From Flaccisagitta enflata (lineage: Eukaryota): a stretch of DNA of 64,000 bases. Location: assembly GCA_965153355.1 (NCBI GenBank), contig OZ231126.1, positions 35,278,001-35,342,000 of the forward strand, written 5' to 3'. This document shows, piece after piece, positions 48,310 to 61,200 of the stretch. Positions within the stretch are counted from its first letter, which is position 1. Every line of letters starts with the position of its first letter. Both the position numbers and the translations under genes were made by a program. Below the pieces are notes generated by a model. The model searched no databases. It saw only the letters and a list, made by a program, of their open reading frames with translations, and was not told where the DNA came from.

Positions 48310-50310
48310 TTGAAATCGCCGTCGCTTAGTTGGAGCAAAGTTTCCGACCACCATCGCAAATGCTACCAGGACAAACTGGATTCACTGTGCGCGCAAGGGG
48401 CTCACCAGAGTCCTGTCTGTCTCCAAGCGCACTGTGACAGCTCGTCGTGTCATTACCGTTTGCAGTGTGAATACAATGAAATAATTGCAGTGATTAAGGA
48501 GGCAGATGAAACGATTCCACGCAGAAATCCAGCAATTGAGAAAGATTGGTGGAATGAAACATTGTCTACTCTCAAATGGCAATCCATTGAAATTCATCAA
48601 TTGTGGAAGAGCCAGGGCCGACCAGGACAAGGTCCCATTCACTTGGAGCGCATGCGTGTGCGCGCTGACTATAGGCGGGCATTAAAAGCAGCTCAACTAG
48701 CACCAAAGCAAGCGATGTGGGATAAGATCCACACCTCGATGGAATCAAACGATACCCACCAGTTTTGGAATTCATGGAAGCAACTGTATGCAAAAAACAA
48801 AAGTCATTTTGCTCCCATGGTAGATGGAAAAACTGCCAAGTCTGATATTGCAGATGTTTTTAAAAATTGTTTCCAGAGCAATTCGGAGCCTAACAATGCA
48901 GAGAAGATGGAAGAGCTCAAGGCTCAGTTTGTGGTGCAATATGCCAATTACAGTCAATGTCACATGGAATCTTGTGATTGCAACAATTACTCCATCTCCG
49001 TTGAAGACGTGTTTGAGGCCATCAGCAGCATGAAGACGGGAAAATGTGCAGATGAGATGGGAGTTAATGCTGAGCATTTTCTGTATGCGCCTTTTTCTCT
49101 TCTCAAGCGACTCGCCACTCTCTTCAATCAAATGTTGAGACATGGATTCGTGCCCTCGCAATTTCGGTATGGCTTTATGCTCCCAATAGTCAAAGATAAC
49201 CAAGGTAATCATGGTGATAGTTCTAACTATCGGGGTATTACGATTTCCCCAATTGCCTCAAAAGTATTTGAGCATGTGCTTAAAAACAAGTTTTCTGACC
49301 ATCTCAAAACATCGCACTACCAATTTGGCTTCAAAAAGCGCAATTCAACAGTCCATGCGCTGCACTGCTTCCGTCAAACCGTTGAATACTATGTCAACAA
49401 TGGCAGCAAAGTTTATGCATCGTGTTTGGACGCTAGCAAAGCATTCGATCGGTTGGTGCATGCAGGGCTCTTCTCAAAGCTAATACAGCGCATAACACCG
49501 ATTTGTTTCATCAACATTCTAATGACGTGGCATGATGGACTGTGGTGCCGCGTTAAGTGGGACGACCACTTCAGCGAATGGTTTCCAATCATGGCTGGTG
49601 TCAGGCAAGGAGGAGTTCTGAGTCCTGATCTCTACAGCATCTATGTGGATGATCTCATTCATCTTCTTAAATCAAGTGGCATCGGATGTCACTTAAATTG
49701 GGCATTTGCAGCAGCTCTGTTTTACGCAGATGACATGGTCGTCATGTCTCCGTCATTGAAGGGGCTTCAACGACTTCTGAATCTCTGTAACGACTACTGC
49801 ATCCAGTGGGATATACGTCTTAACGCGAAAAAAACAAAAAACTTGTTCTTCGGATGTAAAACGGCACCCACCCATAGTCTTAAGCTTAATGACGCTGATA
49901 TCAAATGGGAAGCAAAGTGGAAATATCTCGGCATCAATCTGAAGTCGGGACTCAACTTTGACTGCTGCATTCAAGAAACCATCGCCAAATACTACCGAGC
50001 CCTCAATGCCATTCTGCGCGTCGAAGGTCGCTCAAACGACATTATCATGCTACAACTCCTCGAGGCGCACTGCATCCCCATACTCACATATGGAATCGAA
50101 GTCCTCCATGTCAGAGACAGAGATGAAAGGAGAAAACTCAGAGTCGCGTATAATGCAGCATATCGAAAGATCTTTGCTTACTCATACCGCGAAAGTGTCA
50201 CCGAACTTCAACACTGCTTGAATCGACAGACATGGGAAGAGCTGACCGAAAAAAGACAGTCAGTGTTCCGAGCTCGCCTCTACAGTGCCCATCCTGACTC
50301 TCTCGCTTGA
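48310..50310 (+). mobile_element. 5'-truncated non-LTR retrotransposon (LINE) ORF2, reverse transcriptase
   Basis: YRGITIS, QFGFKK, LDASKAFD, GVRQGGVLSP, FYADDM, KYLGI; 666 open codons; no endonuclease domain visible. Confidence 0.92.
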
Positions 50311-50397
50311 ATTGCATTGATGTGAGTTGTTCTCACTGAATGCCCAGTGTTCCCATACATTATTTCTGCTTTATTTTGCCTTGCTACAACTCATATA

Positions 50398-50721
50398 CCG
50401 TATTTCCTGCATTTATCGCCCCCCCTCTAATTAGCGCCCCCCCCTTTTTGAAGAAAGAGAGAGCTCCTAAGAAACTTATATTTTTGAAAAAAATCCTTTC
50501 AAAATTATTGTAAATCAAATCGATTCTTGACAAAAAAATATAAGAATGGTATGCAATGTATAAATATTCTTTGTTTTAATGTTTTATTTCACTGAAACAT
50601 TAAGTTTCATATAAAATCATTTATACATGAGTGTAGGAGGGGGCGCTAATTGCAGGTTGAAAACGGCAACGTTTCATTTCATTTTCAAAAGCGCCCGGGG
50701 CGCTAATTACAGGAAATACGG
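50398..50721. mobile_element. pogo-like MITE inserted just downstream of the LINE ORF (probable 3' UTR)
   Basis: TA|CCGTATTTCCTG...CAGGAAATACGG|TA. Confidence 0.82.
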
Positions 50722-51363
50722 TAGTCATATTTGTTGACGTTGTTTTTTCTGTGATTCTATTTGTGCGCTACACTTATCGTGTGAATAAACACCATATATA
50801 AACAAAATGCAAAAACTATTTAAAAAGAAATTAATCTTGATCAAAATCTCTCTAAACTGCTCTAAAAAGAAATAAATCTTTATTCAAATCTCGCTTAACT
50901 GCTGCTCAAATTTTTTTATTAATTTGATCAAATTATATACATACCTTAAAATTAGGAATGATTTTTCTACGGTACTGATTGAACTGGCATTTGAAAAGGC
51001 CAAGATTTATTGTAAACATTTTTAGCTTAAAACTTCTGGACCAAACATCAACATTTGAAATTGCGTCCGTCTGTCTGTGTTGGGTGGGGTATGGGTTGTG
51101 GATGGGGGTTGGCTGCCCCTGCCCACCCGTCCGCAACGATGGATCCGGTATCAACGATATTGTGATTAAGCAGCTTCGAAAAGGGTTTTTGAAGGGGCGG
51201 TCGAATTCGATCGATATAATCTATCTTTTCGTCCATCCAGTGGACGAAATGGTGATGCCATTTTTCGCCTGTTCGAAACAAAAAGTCGATACGATATAAG
51301 ACAATGAGCGGCAATAATCGTGTACAATGGTGCCGATCAATTCCATTATCTTTTTTCTCTTCC

Positions 51364-51425
<62 letters not shown>

Positions 51426-51681
51426 GAAAGACTGACCATTTCGACCTTACTCGAAAAACCCTGCCCAAAAGTCGATTCGAAACAAAGTCGAAAAATATCG
51501 AAGCTGCTTAATTGTGACCCTGCGCCACTTGATTATCTTTAGTCGCGTGCTACGCGACTCTGTATCCCGCTTTGTCGGTCCGTCGGTCCGTCCGTCGGTC
51601 CGTCGGTCCGTCCGTCGGTCCGTCGGTCCGTCCATCCATCTGTCTGTCGGTTTGTCGGTCGGTCCATCACACTTCACTTTT

Positions 51682-52400
51682 TGGGCAGCGGCCCCGAAGG
51701 GTACGAAGTCCTGTAGAACACAGGGGGACTTTCGTTCGTCCGTTCGTTTGTTCGTCCCCCCCCCCCGCCCCCTCATCAGGCCCATCAGGCCTCAAATCTG
51801 GCCTCTGAGACCTCAAATCTGGCCTCTCGGGCCTCAAATCCAGCCTCTCAGGCCTCAAATCCAGCCCCCCAGGCCTCAAATCTAGCCTCTTAGGCCTCAA
51901 ATCCAGCCTCTCAGGCCTCAAATTCAACCTCTCAGGCCTCAAATTCAACCTCTCAGGCCTCAAATTAGGCTTCTCAGGCCTCAAATCCAAATTCTCAGAC
52001 CTCAAACCTAGCCTCTCAGGCCTCAACTTAGGCCTCTCAGGCCTCAAATCCGCTCAATTTATTGCTCTCAGTGCTCTGACCTTTCAAGCCTCAATCCAGC
52101 TCTCTCAAGCCTCAAGTCAGACCTTTCAAGCCTCAATTCAGCCCTCTCAAGTTTCCAATTGGCATTCTCAGGCCTTACATCAGCCTTCTTAGACCTCAGT
52201 TTAGGCTCTTGAAGGCCTTCAGTCAGCCCTCTATAGCATCTCATCCACATCTTCAGGCAGGACGAACGAAAGTCCCCCTGTGTTCTACAGGACTTCGTCC
52301 CCTTTGGGGCCGCTGCCCTGCTTCCCCTCACTCGAATTCACAATCACTCAAAGCAGGGCAACGGGTATCGCTGACCTCATATTGCCCTTGGGCGACCTGT
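51682..52400 (+). mobile_element. HINE-like repeat family 2, example copy; many copies carrying 21-bp CTCAAATC..AGGC minisatellites
   Basis: Sub-terminal IR GGGCAGCGGCCCC/GGGGCCGCTGCCC, internal tandem 21-mers, conserved 3' end GCCCTTGGGCGACCTG, T-run flanks. Confidence 0.65.
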
Positions 52401-52739
52401 TTTGTTTTTTTTTGGCGGTCTTTGGCCTCACTGCTCCTGCCCAAGTGATCAATTGACCTAAAATACGGCCCCTGCCGCACCCGCACGCAACTGGGGTAGC
52501 CGTGTATTCGGCCTTGTTTTTTCTAAACAAAATCTATAAAAACTTATCACGGTGGTGTTAGTGAAAGGAAATGGTAATCAGCTATGTTACGGTAAGGTAT
52601 GTACTTCAACTATCCAAAGCCGGGACTTTTTAAAAACAACTTTAATATCAAAGTGACATTAATGATCTCAGATGTTTACCGAGTCAGTTTTTGAAGCTGA
52701 GAAAAAAATTACAACAAGGAACAAAATCTTATGCATCAC

Positions 52740-54891
52740 CTGTTCATCTTCAACCTCAAGGTCATCAGTTTCAGTTTCCCCAGCCCGTATGTACACATCC
52801 TCCATAGTATCCATGGAAGCACCATAACTTGTGACAGCTAACATTTCGCGATTTTTGTCCAAAAAGTCAAAAAGACCTATGAAGGCGTGATTATCGTAAC
52901 GATCCAATTACCTAATACTTGTAAGTTGAACCCCGCAATAAGGGATATCAAGGGCCAAAATTGATTATTTATAGTAGGCGGATTTCTGTTAATACCAATT
53001 TAGGAAAGGAAAAGAATATTATGAGGGAATCGAGGTTTCATATCCGCTATTCTGGAATCAAGCAACCTCGGGGTTAAATCTCACTGTTTCAAGTTACAGA
53101 TTACCTGGTGCGCTAATAAAAAGCAGTGGTGACCTGGTGCGCTAATAAAAAGCAATCAAGTAGGAAGGAAAAGGCAGCTAAAAAAAAAAAGAGTGAAATT
53201 GTCGCAAAAGCGTTAGATGTTCAACGGTACCCGTGTACGCTGTGCAGGGATCAGATTGTAAGAGTGGCAGTAAGCCCGAAGATACCAGGATCAATGCTTA
53301 AGCTCATTAAGACTCATCAAGCAATGATTTCAAATTTTTAGTCGCGTGCCACGCGACTCTATTTCAACCTGCTGTGTTGGTCCGTCCGTCACCATTAGCT
53401 TGTTTAGCGTTTTTGGGCGTCTTTTGCATTACTGATCCTGCCCAAACAATCAAGTTGGCCTTTTATCACCGCCCCTGCCCACCCGCACGCGACTTCGGTA
53501 GCCGTGTATCCTGCTTGTTCTTTACTTACGCGGCAGATCTCTGGTCTTTTCTTTTGGTATGACATATGTAGTTTCTCCAGGAATATCCCGTACAGCGTAT
53601 GAACCAGGAATAAATTCAGATATGACACTGCGAAGCTTTTCAGAATTACACTGAATACCTAAAACAAATCAAACAAGCCCGACCGGGCAACGATGCGTCC
53701 GGACTGTGTCTCTGCGTGTATTGATCATGTGACATATATAGAGAGACCTAGGGACGAACAGATGGGTGTAACGACTGAGGAAATAGGCTCTCAAAACACG
53801 TTTGTTGATCATGTGTTTCAGTATATGATCTCTTTATAGTCATAAACAGCCAAAAAACGCGGATTTTGCACAGGCGTTACGGACGGACGGACGGACGGAC
53901 GGACGGACGGACGGACGGACGAACGGACGGACGGACGGACGGACGGACGGACGGACGGACGGACGGACGGACGGACGGACGGACGGACGGACGGACGGAC
54001 CCATCTAAAAATCATTTGCTCAAACCAATCGCATTGCGTTTGCCTTCAAAATTTGTAGGACCCGAAGTAATCAAGGTTTTTAAATCAACTAGTTTGTAGC
54101 TAACTTAACTACTTTTTCAGTAGTTAACTACTAAAAGTTACATCCAATGAAATATTTTCATAAAGATTGGCCTTCCCATTGGATATTACAAAGGCAAATT
54201 TCCCCAATCAAATTCAAATCAAACATTAAAAAAAAATAAAGAAGATTCTTTCCCTTGCAAATTATCAGGAATTTTTCTTAAAATCCCTGAAATCTTGAGA
54301 AAAACAGCTGATTTTTATCATTTTGCACCCAGAAATTAGTCAATTAGTCGAATAGTTATTCTTGGTTGGTTAATTACCTGGGTTTTCAAAAACTAGTCTC
54401 ACTAACTAGTTAATGTTAACAACTTCGAATCCAAAAAAAATTTTGAATGGAAGCCTCTCTGGACGTCGGCAGACTCGGCAGAGCACAGTGAGCCAAAATC
54501 ATCACCCACGCTTACTGTCCATCCAATTACACTACCCTAACCCGCAAGCAACCTTCACCGCACGCACAATGAATAATCTACCATAATTCTGGCGCAGGAT
54601 TTGTGATCTATTTTTTGTCAAACTGTCTAAACCGCCCTAAGCCATAAACCTAGCAAATAGCAATGTCTTCCAAATATAGTCAATGGTAGTCTGTCGCCGA
54701 CAAAAGTAAGTGAAATAACCCAACCTTTTGCAATGGTCACATGGTAGCCAATTCCAAATTTTTGTTTTAGAAATGTCACAGATCCACAACAAATTAACTT
54801 CCCAGCTCCCATAATTGCAATTCGGTCTGCCAACGCTTCAGCCTCTTCCATGAAGTGTGTTGACAAGATAATTGCTCGACCAAACTTTTTA
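52740..54891 (-). CDS. ABCA: ABCA-subfamily transporter, three exons (54891-54725, 53658-53530, 52876-52740): end of NBD1 and regulatory domain
   Basis: GRAIILSTHFMEEAEALADRIAIMGAGKLICCGSVTFLKQKFGIGY joins in phase to IQCNSEKLRSVISEFIPG...TYVIPKE and then LFDFLDKNREMLAVTSYGASMDTMEDVYIR; all junctions GT-AG. Confidence 0.9.
53879..54000. repeat. (GGAC)n microsatellite
   Basis: Direct observation. Confidence 0.95.
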
Positions 54892-55256
54892 CTAGAAATG
54901 AACTGGTGAATAAACATTAGCATTAGGTATGACAACACGTTCGAGGTGACTAATTCATTGCAATACTGCCACAGAGATATTCAGGCAATTGATGTGAACT
55001 CAGAAGGGCTTGGTTCCCTGGGGTAAAATGAGTCACCCACTTTATTCTGCCCAAGTACCAATGCAGGCCGCTCTCGCCGTCGAAAAACAGTCATGAATAT
55101 GTCAGGTTTTGAAATTGCATGTGATTGTATTGTGTCTGATTGTTTGCCTCCATATCTTTTTTTTTCTGTTCGCTCTTTTTTCAACATGTCTATTTTTCTC
55201 TTTTCCTTCTCTACTTGTCTGTCTGTCTCTCTGATTTTCATCTCTGATTTTGTGAT

Positions 55257-55290
<34 letters not shown>

Positions 55291-58200
55291 CACACTGGCC
55301 AGTTGATCATTTTTAGTCGCGCGCTACATCGGTCGATCAGTCGGTCAGTCAGTCGGTCAGTTGGTTGGTTGGTCCCCTTTTTTGGGCAGCGGCCCCAAAG
55401 GGGCCGATGACCTATGTTTTCAACACATAGGGGAAATTTCTCCTTCTTCTTCTCCTCCTCCTCCTTCTCCTCCTCCTTCATCTCAGTCCCCCCCACTCGA
55501 GGCTCAAATCTCAGCCCCGAGGCTCAAATCCCAGCCCCAAAGCTCTTATCCCAGTCTCAAGGCTCAAATCCCAGTCTTTAGGCTCAGATACCAGCCTTGA
55601 AGCTCAAATCCCAGCCTTGAAGCTCAAATCCAAGCCGCAATGCTCAAATCCCAGTCTGGAGGCTCAAATCCCAGTCTTGAGGCTCAAATCCCGATCCTGA
55701 GGCTCAAATCTCAGCCTTTAGGCTGAAATACCAGCATTGCAGCTCAAATCCTAGTCTCCAGGCCAAAATCCTAGCCTCAAGGCTTTAATCTGAGCCTCAA
55801 CGCTCATATTCCAGCCTCGAGGTTCAAATCCCAGCCTCGAGGCTCAAATCCCAGCCTCAAGGCTCATATTCCAGCCTCGAGGCTCAAATCTCAGCCTCAA
55901 GGCCCCAATTACAGCCTCCAGGCCCTAATACCAGCCTTTAGACTCACATAATAGTCGCAAAAGTGTTAGATGGTCAGCGGTACTCGTGCCCTGCTTAAGA
56001 ATGTTGTGGTTGAAGTTGAGGGGGGAGCAGGGCAGTGGCCCCGATGGGATCGATGACCTATGCTTTCACACATATAGGGAATTTTCTCCTCCTCCTCCTT
56101 TTCCCCCTCCTTCTCCTCACCCCCCATCCCCAACCTCCAGGCCCATATCTCAACCTCAAGGCCAATATCCCAGCCTCAAGGCCCGAATCCCAGTCTTGAG
56201 GCCCAAATCCCTTGAGACTGGGAATCTGGCCTTGGGGTTGGGATTTGGTCCATGAGGTCGGGATTTGGGCCTCAAGACAGGGATTTGGGCTTAGAGGCTG
56301 GGATACGGGCCTCAAGGCTGAGATATAAGCCTGGAGGTTGGGGGAAGGGGGGTACGAAGAAGGAGAAGAGGAAGGAGAAGGAGGAGAAAATCCCCCATAT
56401 GTGTGAAAGCATAGATCATCGACCCCTTTGGGGCCGCTGCCCAAAAACAGCATAGGACAGCAACCACCTCACACCCACATACACTCACATGGGGGCAACG
56501 GGTACCGCTGAAGCACTGACCATCAAACGCTTTTGCGACTATTACTTTTTCAGCGTTTTTTAGCTTTTTGAGCCTACTGCTTCTGCCCAAATGCTCTAGT
56601 GACCTCCAGCACTGCTCCTGCCCACCCGCACGCAACTGGGGTAGCCGTTTATCTGGCCTTGTTTAAGAGGAAAAAAAACTTTTTTGTGACTATTTCACAC
56701 ATTTCAACGTCCTCTATTTCTCAGTCAAACAAGGCCGGTTACCCCAGTCGCGTGCGGGTAAGCAGGGCAGTGATAGAAAAAGTCATTTGGGCATTTGGGC
56801 AGGAGCAGTCAGCTCAAAAAGCTCAAAACACCAAAACAGTAAATCCACTAGTCATCTAAGGATCGCACATGGTCAGCGGTACCCAATGCCCTGCTTGGAG
56901 TGATCAGCTGAAGAAGTGGGTTAAGAGCAGGGCAGCGGCCCCAAAGGGCCAATGTCCTGTAGGACACAGGGATGAATTTCCAGACGTTCTGAGAAGGCCT
57001 TTGGGCTTTGGGGCTATTTTCCATGTTATTCAATGAGAACATTGCATTTTTTTCAATATTTTTGTCAATTTTCCATGCTATCAAAACTGAATTATGCATT
57101 TATTTCATAATTCTATCAATTTTCCATGTAATTTACTAAGGATTTCATATATTTTTAACTTTTGGTAAATGTCCCATGTAATTCAATGAGAATCTCGCAT
57201 TTTTGCATTTCTTGTCAATTTTCCATGTTATTCTATGGGAATTTTGCATTTCTTCAATTTTCCATGTTATTCAATGGAATTTGAGTCTCAGAAGCTTTAG
57301 CGGGGAGGGACGGACAGATGTACGGACATATGTACGGATGAACGGACGTCTGGAAATTCACCCCTGTGTCCTACAGGACATCGGCCCTTTGGGGCCGCTG
57401 CCTAAAAAGGACCAACCGACAGACGGATGGACAAAGCAGGGTGTAGAGCACAATGGTTTGTTTCCCTGATTTCGAGGAATTCACCTTTTTTCTGAATTTC
57501 TCTTATGCATATTTATGGCAGAAGAGGGCAGACCAATCAGATTGCAATGATTGCAAGAGGTTGCAATTATTGCAAGAGGTTGCAATGAAAAACATTTGAA
57601 CAATTTTGGAAAGGCTCCTGCAATCATTTTAGAAAATGATGAGCAAAAAAAAGAGATGAAATAATCTTGATTTGGTTCAATCGTAGGACTGGGAACTGCC
57701 ACTCATGAGGTAAGGGTTTGATTCTTGAGAAAACTTTTTTTTCTCTATTTAACGTTTCAAAAGAAATAAGGTGTGAATTTAGACTGAAACATTCTAAGAT
57801 GCTAATCTAAATTTGCAAAGTTGCTTTGGTTTGGTTTGGTTTGGTTTGGTTTGGTTTGTTTTGTTTTGTTTTGTCTTTGTTAAATACATTTTTTTCCCCT
57901 TTTTGGAGTTTCTAGAGATAAAAGTTTCGATAATGTCCAAAAGGTGAAAATTGATTTAAGATAAAAGCTATTTGTCTTTGTGTTTTCACTCAATGAAATT
58001 CTGTAATTTTTTTTTCATTCACTCATCCACTAAGGTAAATGATCGCTAAAATATGTACAAATTGGATGAGATGCATCCATCACACTTTTGAGTATCATGC
58101 TGCCATTTTCCCATACCCAGTAATGTAATAATACTGAAAACAGCCTATTCATCTTTGATGCTAAAAAAACTTTTTTCTTGGCTAGAAAAATTGTATATCT

Positions 58201-61200
58201 TTATAGACGCAGACACGCAACTACACCTTGCTGTGTCGGTTGGTCGGTTTGTCGGTCTGTCAGACCGTCTGTCCGTCCGACATATTTTTGAATTCCTATT
58301 GGTTGTTGCATTACTGCTCCTGCCTAACCGTCTGGGGCCGGATACACGGCTACCCCAGTCGCGTGCGGGTGGGCAGGGGCCATAATTGAGGTCACTCCAT
58401 CATTTGGGCAGGAGCAGTGAGGCCAAAAACCGCAAAAACCCAAAAAAAGTAAAGTGTGACGGACGGACGGACCGACGGACGGACCGACAAAGCGGGGTGT
58501 AGAGTCGCGTAGCACGCGACTAAACACAAGGCCAACACTTATAAGTTGTGTGTGAGACATATATCTAAAATGACATAGAATGACTTAGTATACCCTTAAA
58601 TAACCTAAAATGACTAAACGAAAAAAAATTGATAAAAAAGAAGTGGAAGTGTGATGGACCAACAGACAGATCAACCGACCAATTGATGGATGGACGGAAA
58701 AAGCGAAGTGTAGAGTTGCTTGCATGCGACTAAAAACATTGTTTTAAATTTTGATTATTTAAATAGTCCCTCATGCTGTTTTATTGAACAAGCACAGAAA
58801 AACATGGATAAAAACAGGGCAAACCATTGAATTGTACTTTTTAGTCGCGTGCTACGCGACTCTACACCCCGCTTTGTCCGTCGGTTGGTCGGTCGGTCAG
58901 TCGGTTGGTTGGTCGGTCACACTTTACTTTTTTTATTTGTTTTATTCCTACTATCTCATTTTAAGTCAATTGGGTCATTTAAAGTCAGATTAGATTATTT
59001 TAAGTCATTTTAGGTAATTTAAAGTCATTTTAAGTCAATTTAGGTCATTTGAGTTATTCTAATAGTTCTCATCATTTTAGTGATTTTAGGTCGATTTAAG
59101 TAAATTTAGATAAGTTAGGTTCAATCTAAGTTATTTTAGGTCAATTTAAGTCATTCAAAGTCATTTTAAGTCAATTTAAGTCAATTTAAGTCAATTTAAG
59201 TCATTTTAACCACTAAGTTATTTTAGTCAAGTCAATTTAGGTCATTTAAAGTCATTTTAGGTCATTTTGAATCATTTTTTATCATTTTTAAGTCATCTTT
59301 AGTCAATTAGATTCAATGACAGTCATTTTACTTATGTGGTTATGTAATAAGGTAATTATCAAAGTCTCGCACGCGACTTATAGGTGTTGGCCTTGTTTCA
59401 TTTGACTGTGAGGAGCCTTTACTATTTTCATTAAATTGCAGTATTTGAGATGAACCTATCAGGCTAACCATGGGTTGAATGAGTTATACATGACACTTAA
59501 TTTAAATTTGGACCCAAATTCACTTTCATAAAAAAATTATAAAGTGAGGCTTAATCCTCCAACCTCCACGTCGGAGGGGAGCACCTTATCATAAAGCTTA
59601 ATCAAAGAAAGTTTTGCACGTTTGCTTTACTATCTTGCTAAAAAGTATATAGACAAGATTATATGTAGTCCCTTTATTTATCAAGGAATACATTAGACAT
59701 TTGTATGACACAACTTGTATTTTGTCCGACCTTCCTGGGCATTAACCATGGCTATTGAGAGCCTCGGCATGATTCCACAAAGTGAATGGATGTAAGATGG
59801 TGTAACGTTCTCCTACACCTTGTGAACGATTTTCTTGAGCCTGGACATGCAGCAACAACTGAAGCTTCTGCATCAGAATCTGTGACAGGTTGATCGGACT
59901 GTTGTCTGGATTATTTGCAGGCCAAATTGACGCTTACTTGACAGCAATTTGTCACCCTGGTCTAATCAAAAAGGCTCATTCATAACTGACAATGTTGCAC
60001 TGGGAACTATGAAATTCTTTAATGCAATTTTTTGGCTATTTTCTGCTTGGGGTAGCAATTTTGTTTTGCTTGTCGTTTCTAAACGACTCATGTTGCTTAC
60101 AAGTGTCCGTTTCTAAATTGGCTTAGAGTCTAGTCAAATTAAAGCGCCAAACTTCAGGAATTCTTTTTTGTTTCAAAAATAAGTGGAATGATAATTGGAA
60201 AAGTATTATAGCCGGGCTTCAAGTTAACAGCGACATGTTTAAAAAACAACTACAACGTCACAGAAGATCTTGCGAAGGTATCTCTCTCAAGAACTAAGGT
60301 GGTCAGAAGGGTACTTTGACTGAAGCGGTTTTTTCCAACAAATTGTGCTCATCGATCCAATTTCCCTTTAATCATGGTCAATTTGCTAGATATAATGGCC
60401 AATGGTCATACGAGTTACGGTTTGTGAAAAAAAATTATAGAAACTAAGTTTTTCAGGGCTCTAGATTTATTTGTTTCACTGGCTTTTGATTTGGCTGCTT
60501 GAAATTTTTTTACCAGGATTGATTATGCTCAGAATACACTTTTTAATAATATAAACCTAAAATAAGAGTTTTGAAATTTCCTACCCAATAAATCCCTGAT
60601 GTAAACTTAAAGCATTGCTATTGGCGCCATTAACTCGGAAATTTGATGAAGTTTCCAGACATCACCAATTTTCTTATGTTTGCATCATTTTCTAGGTAGT
60701 TATGCCCCATAATGCTTGTCTATATACATATTAGCAAGATAGTACATCTAAAATTTCACTTTTTCATCATCCTTAGCTTGCCAATTGTTGATCCTCTTCC
60801 TCTTCCTCATTTTCCATTTCTGTTGATAGATTGATTAAGGATTCAACTGGACATTGTAAATAAAGGCCATAGCTGCCAGAACGATTTTCCATCTGTTCTC
60901 AATGCAAAACCAGCAAGGTTATACACATATGCTTATATATTTTGAATTGTTTGTTTCTCCTCTACACAATGGTGTAAAAATTTTTTTGATGAGGAATGAT
61001 GCGAGCATTGTCACTTTTTCTTGCAACAACAAGGCAAAAAAAAAAAAAAAACTTCTTAAGACTTTTTTTCTCACCCCCTTTTTTAATTCCTTTTAAAGTC
61101 TTTTCTTATTATAAGAATATGTTATTTTTTTCTGAGGCCTGATGTTCTTGTTTCTAAGGCGATTTGAGGCTCAAATTGTTCGTGAGATGTTTTCATTTTT

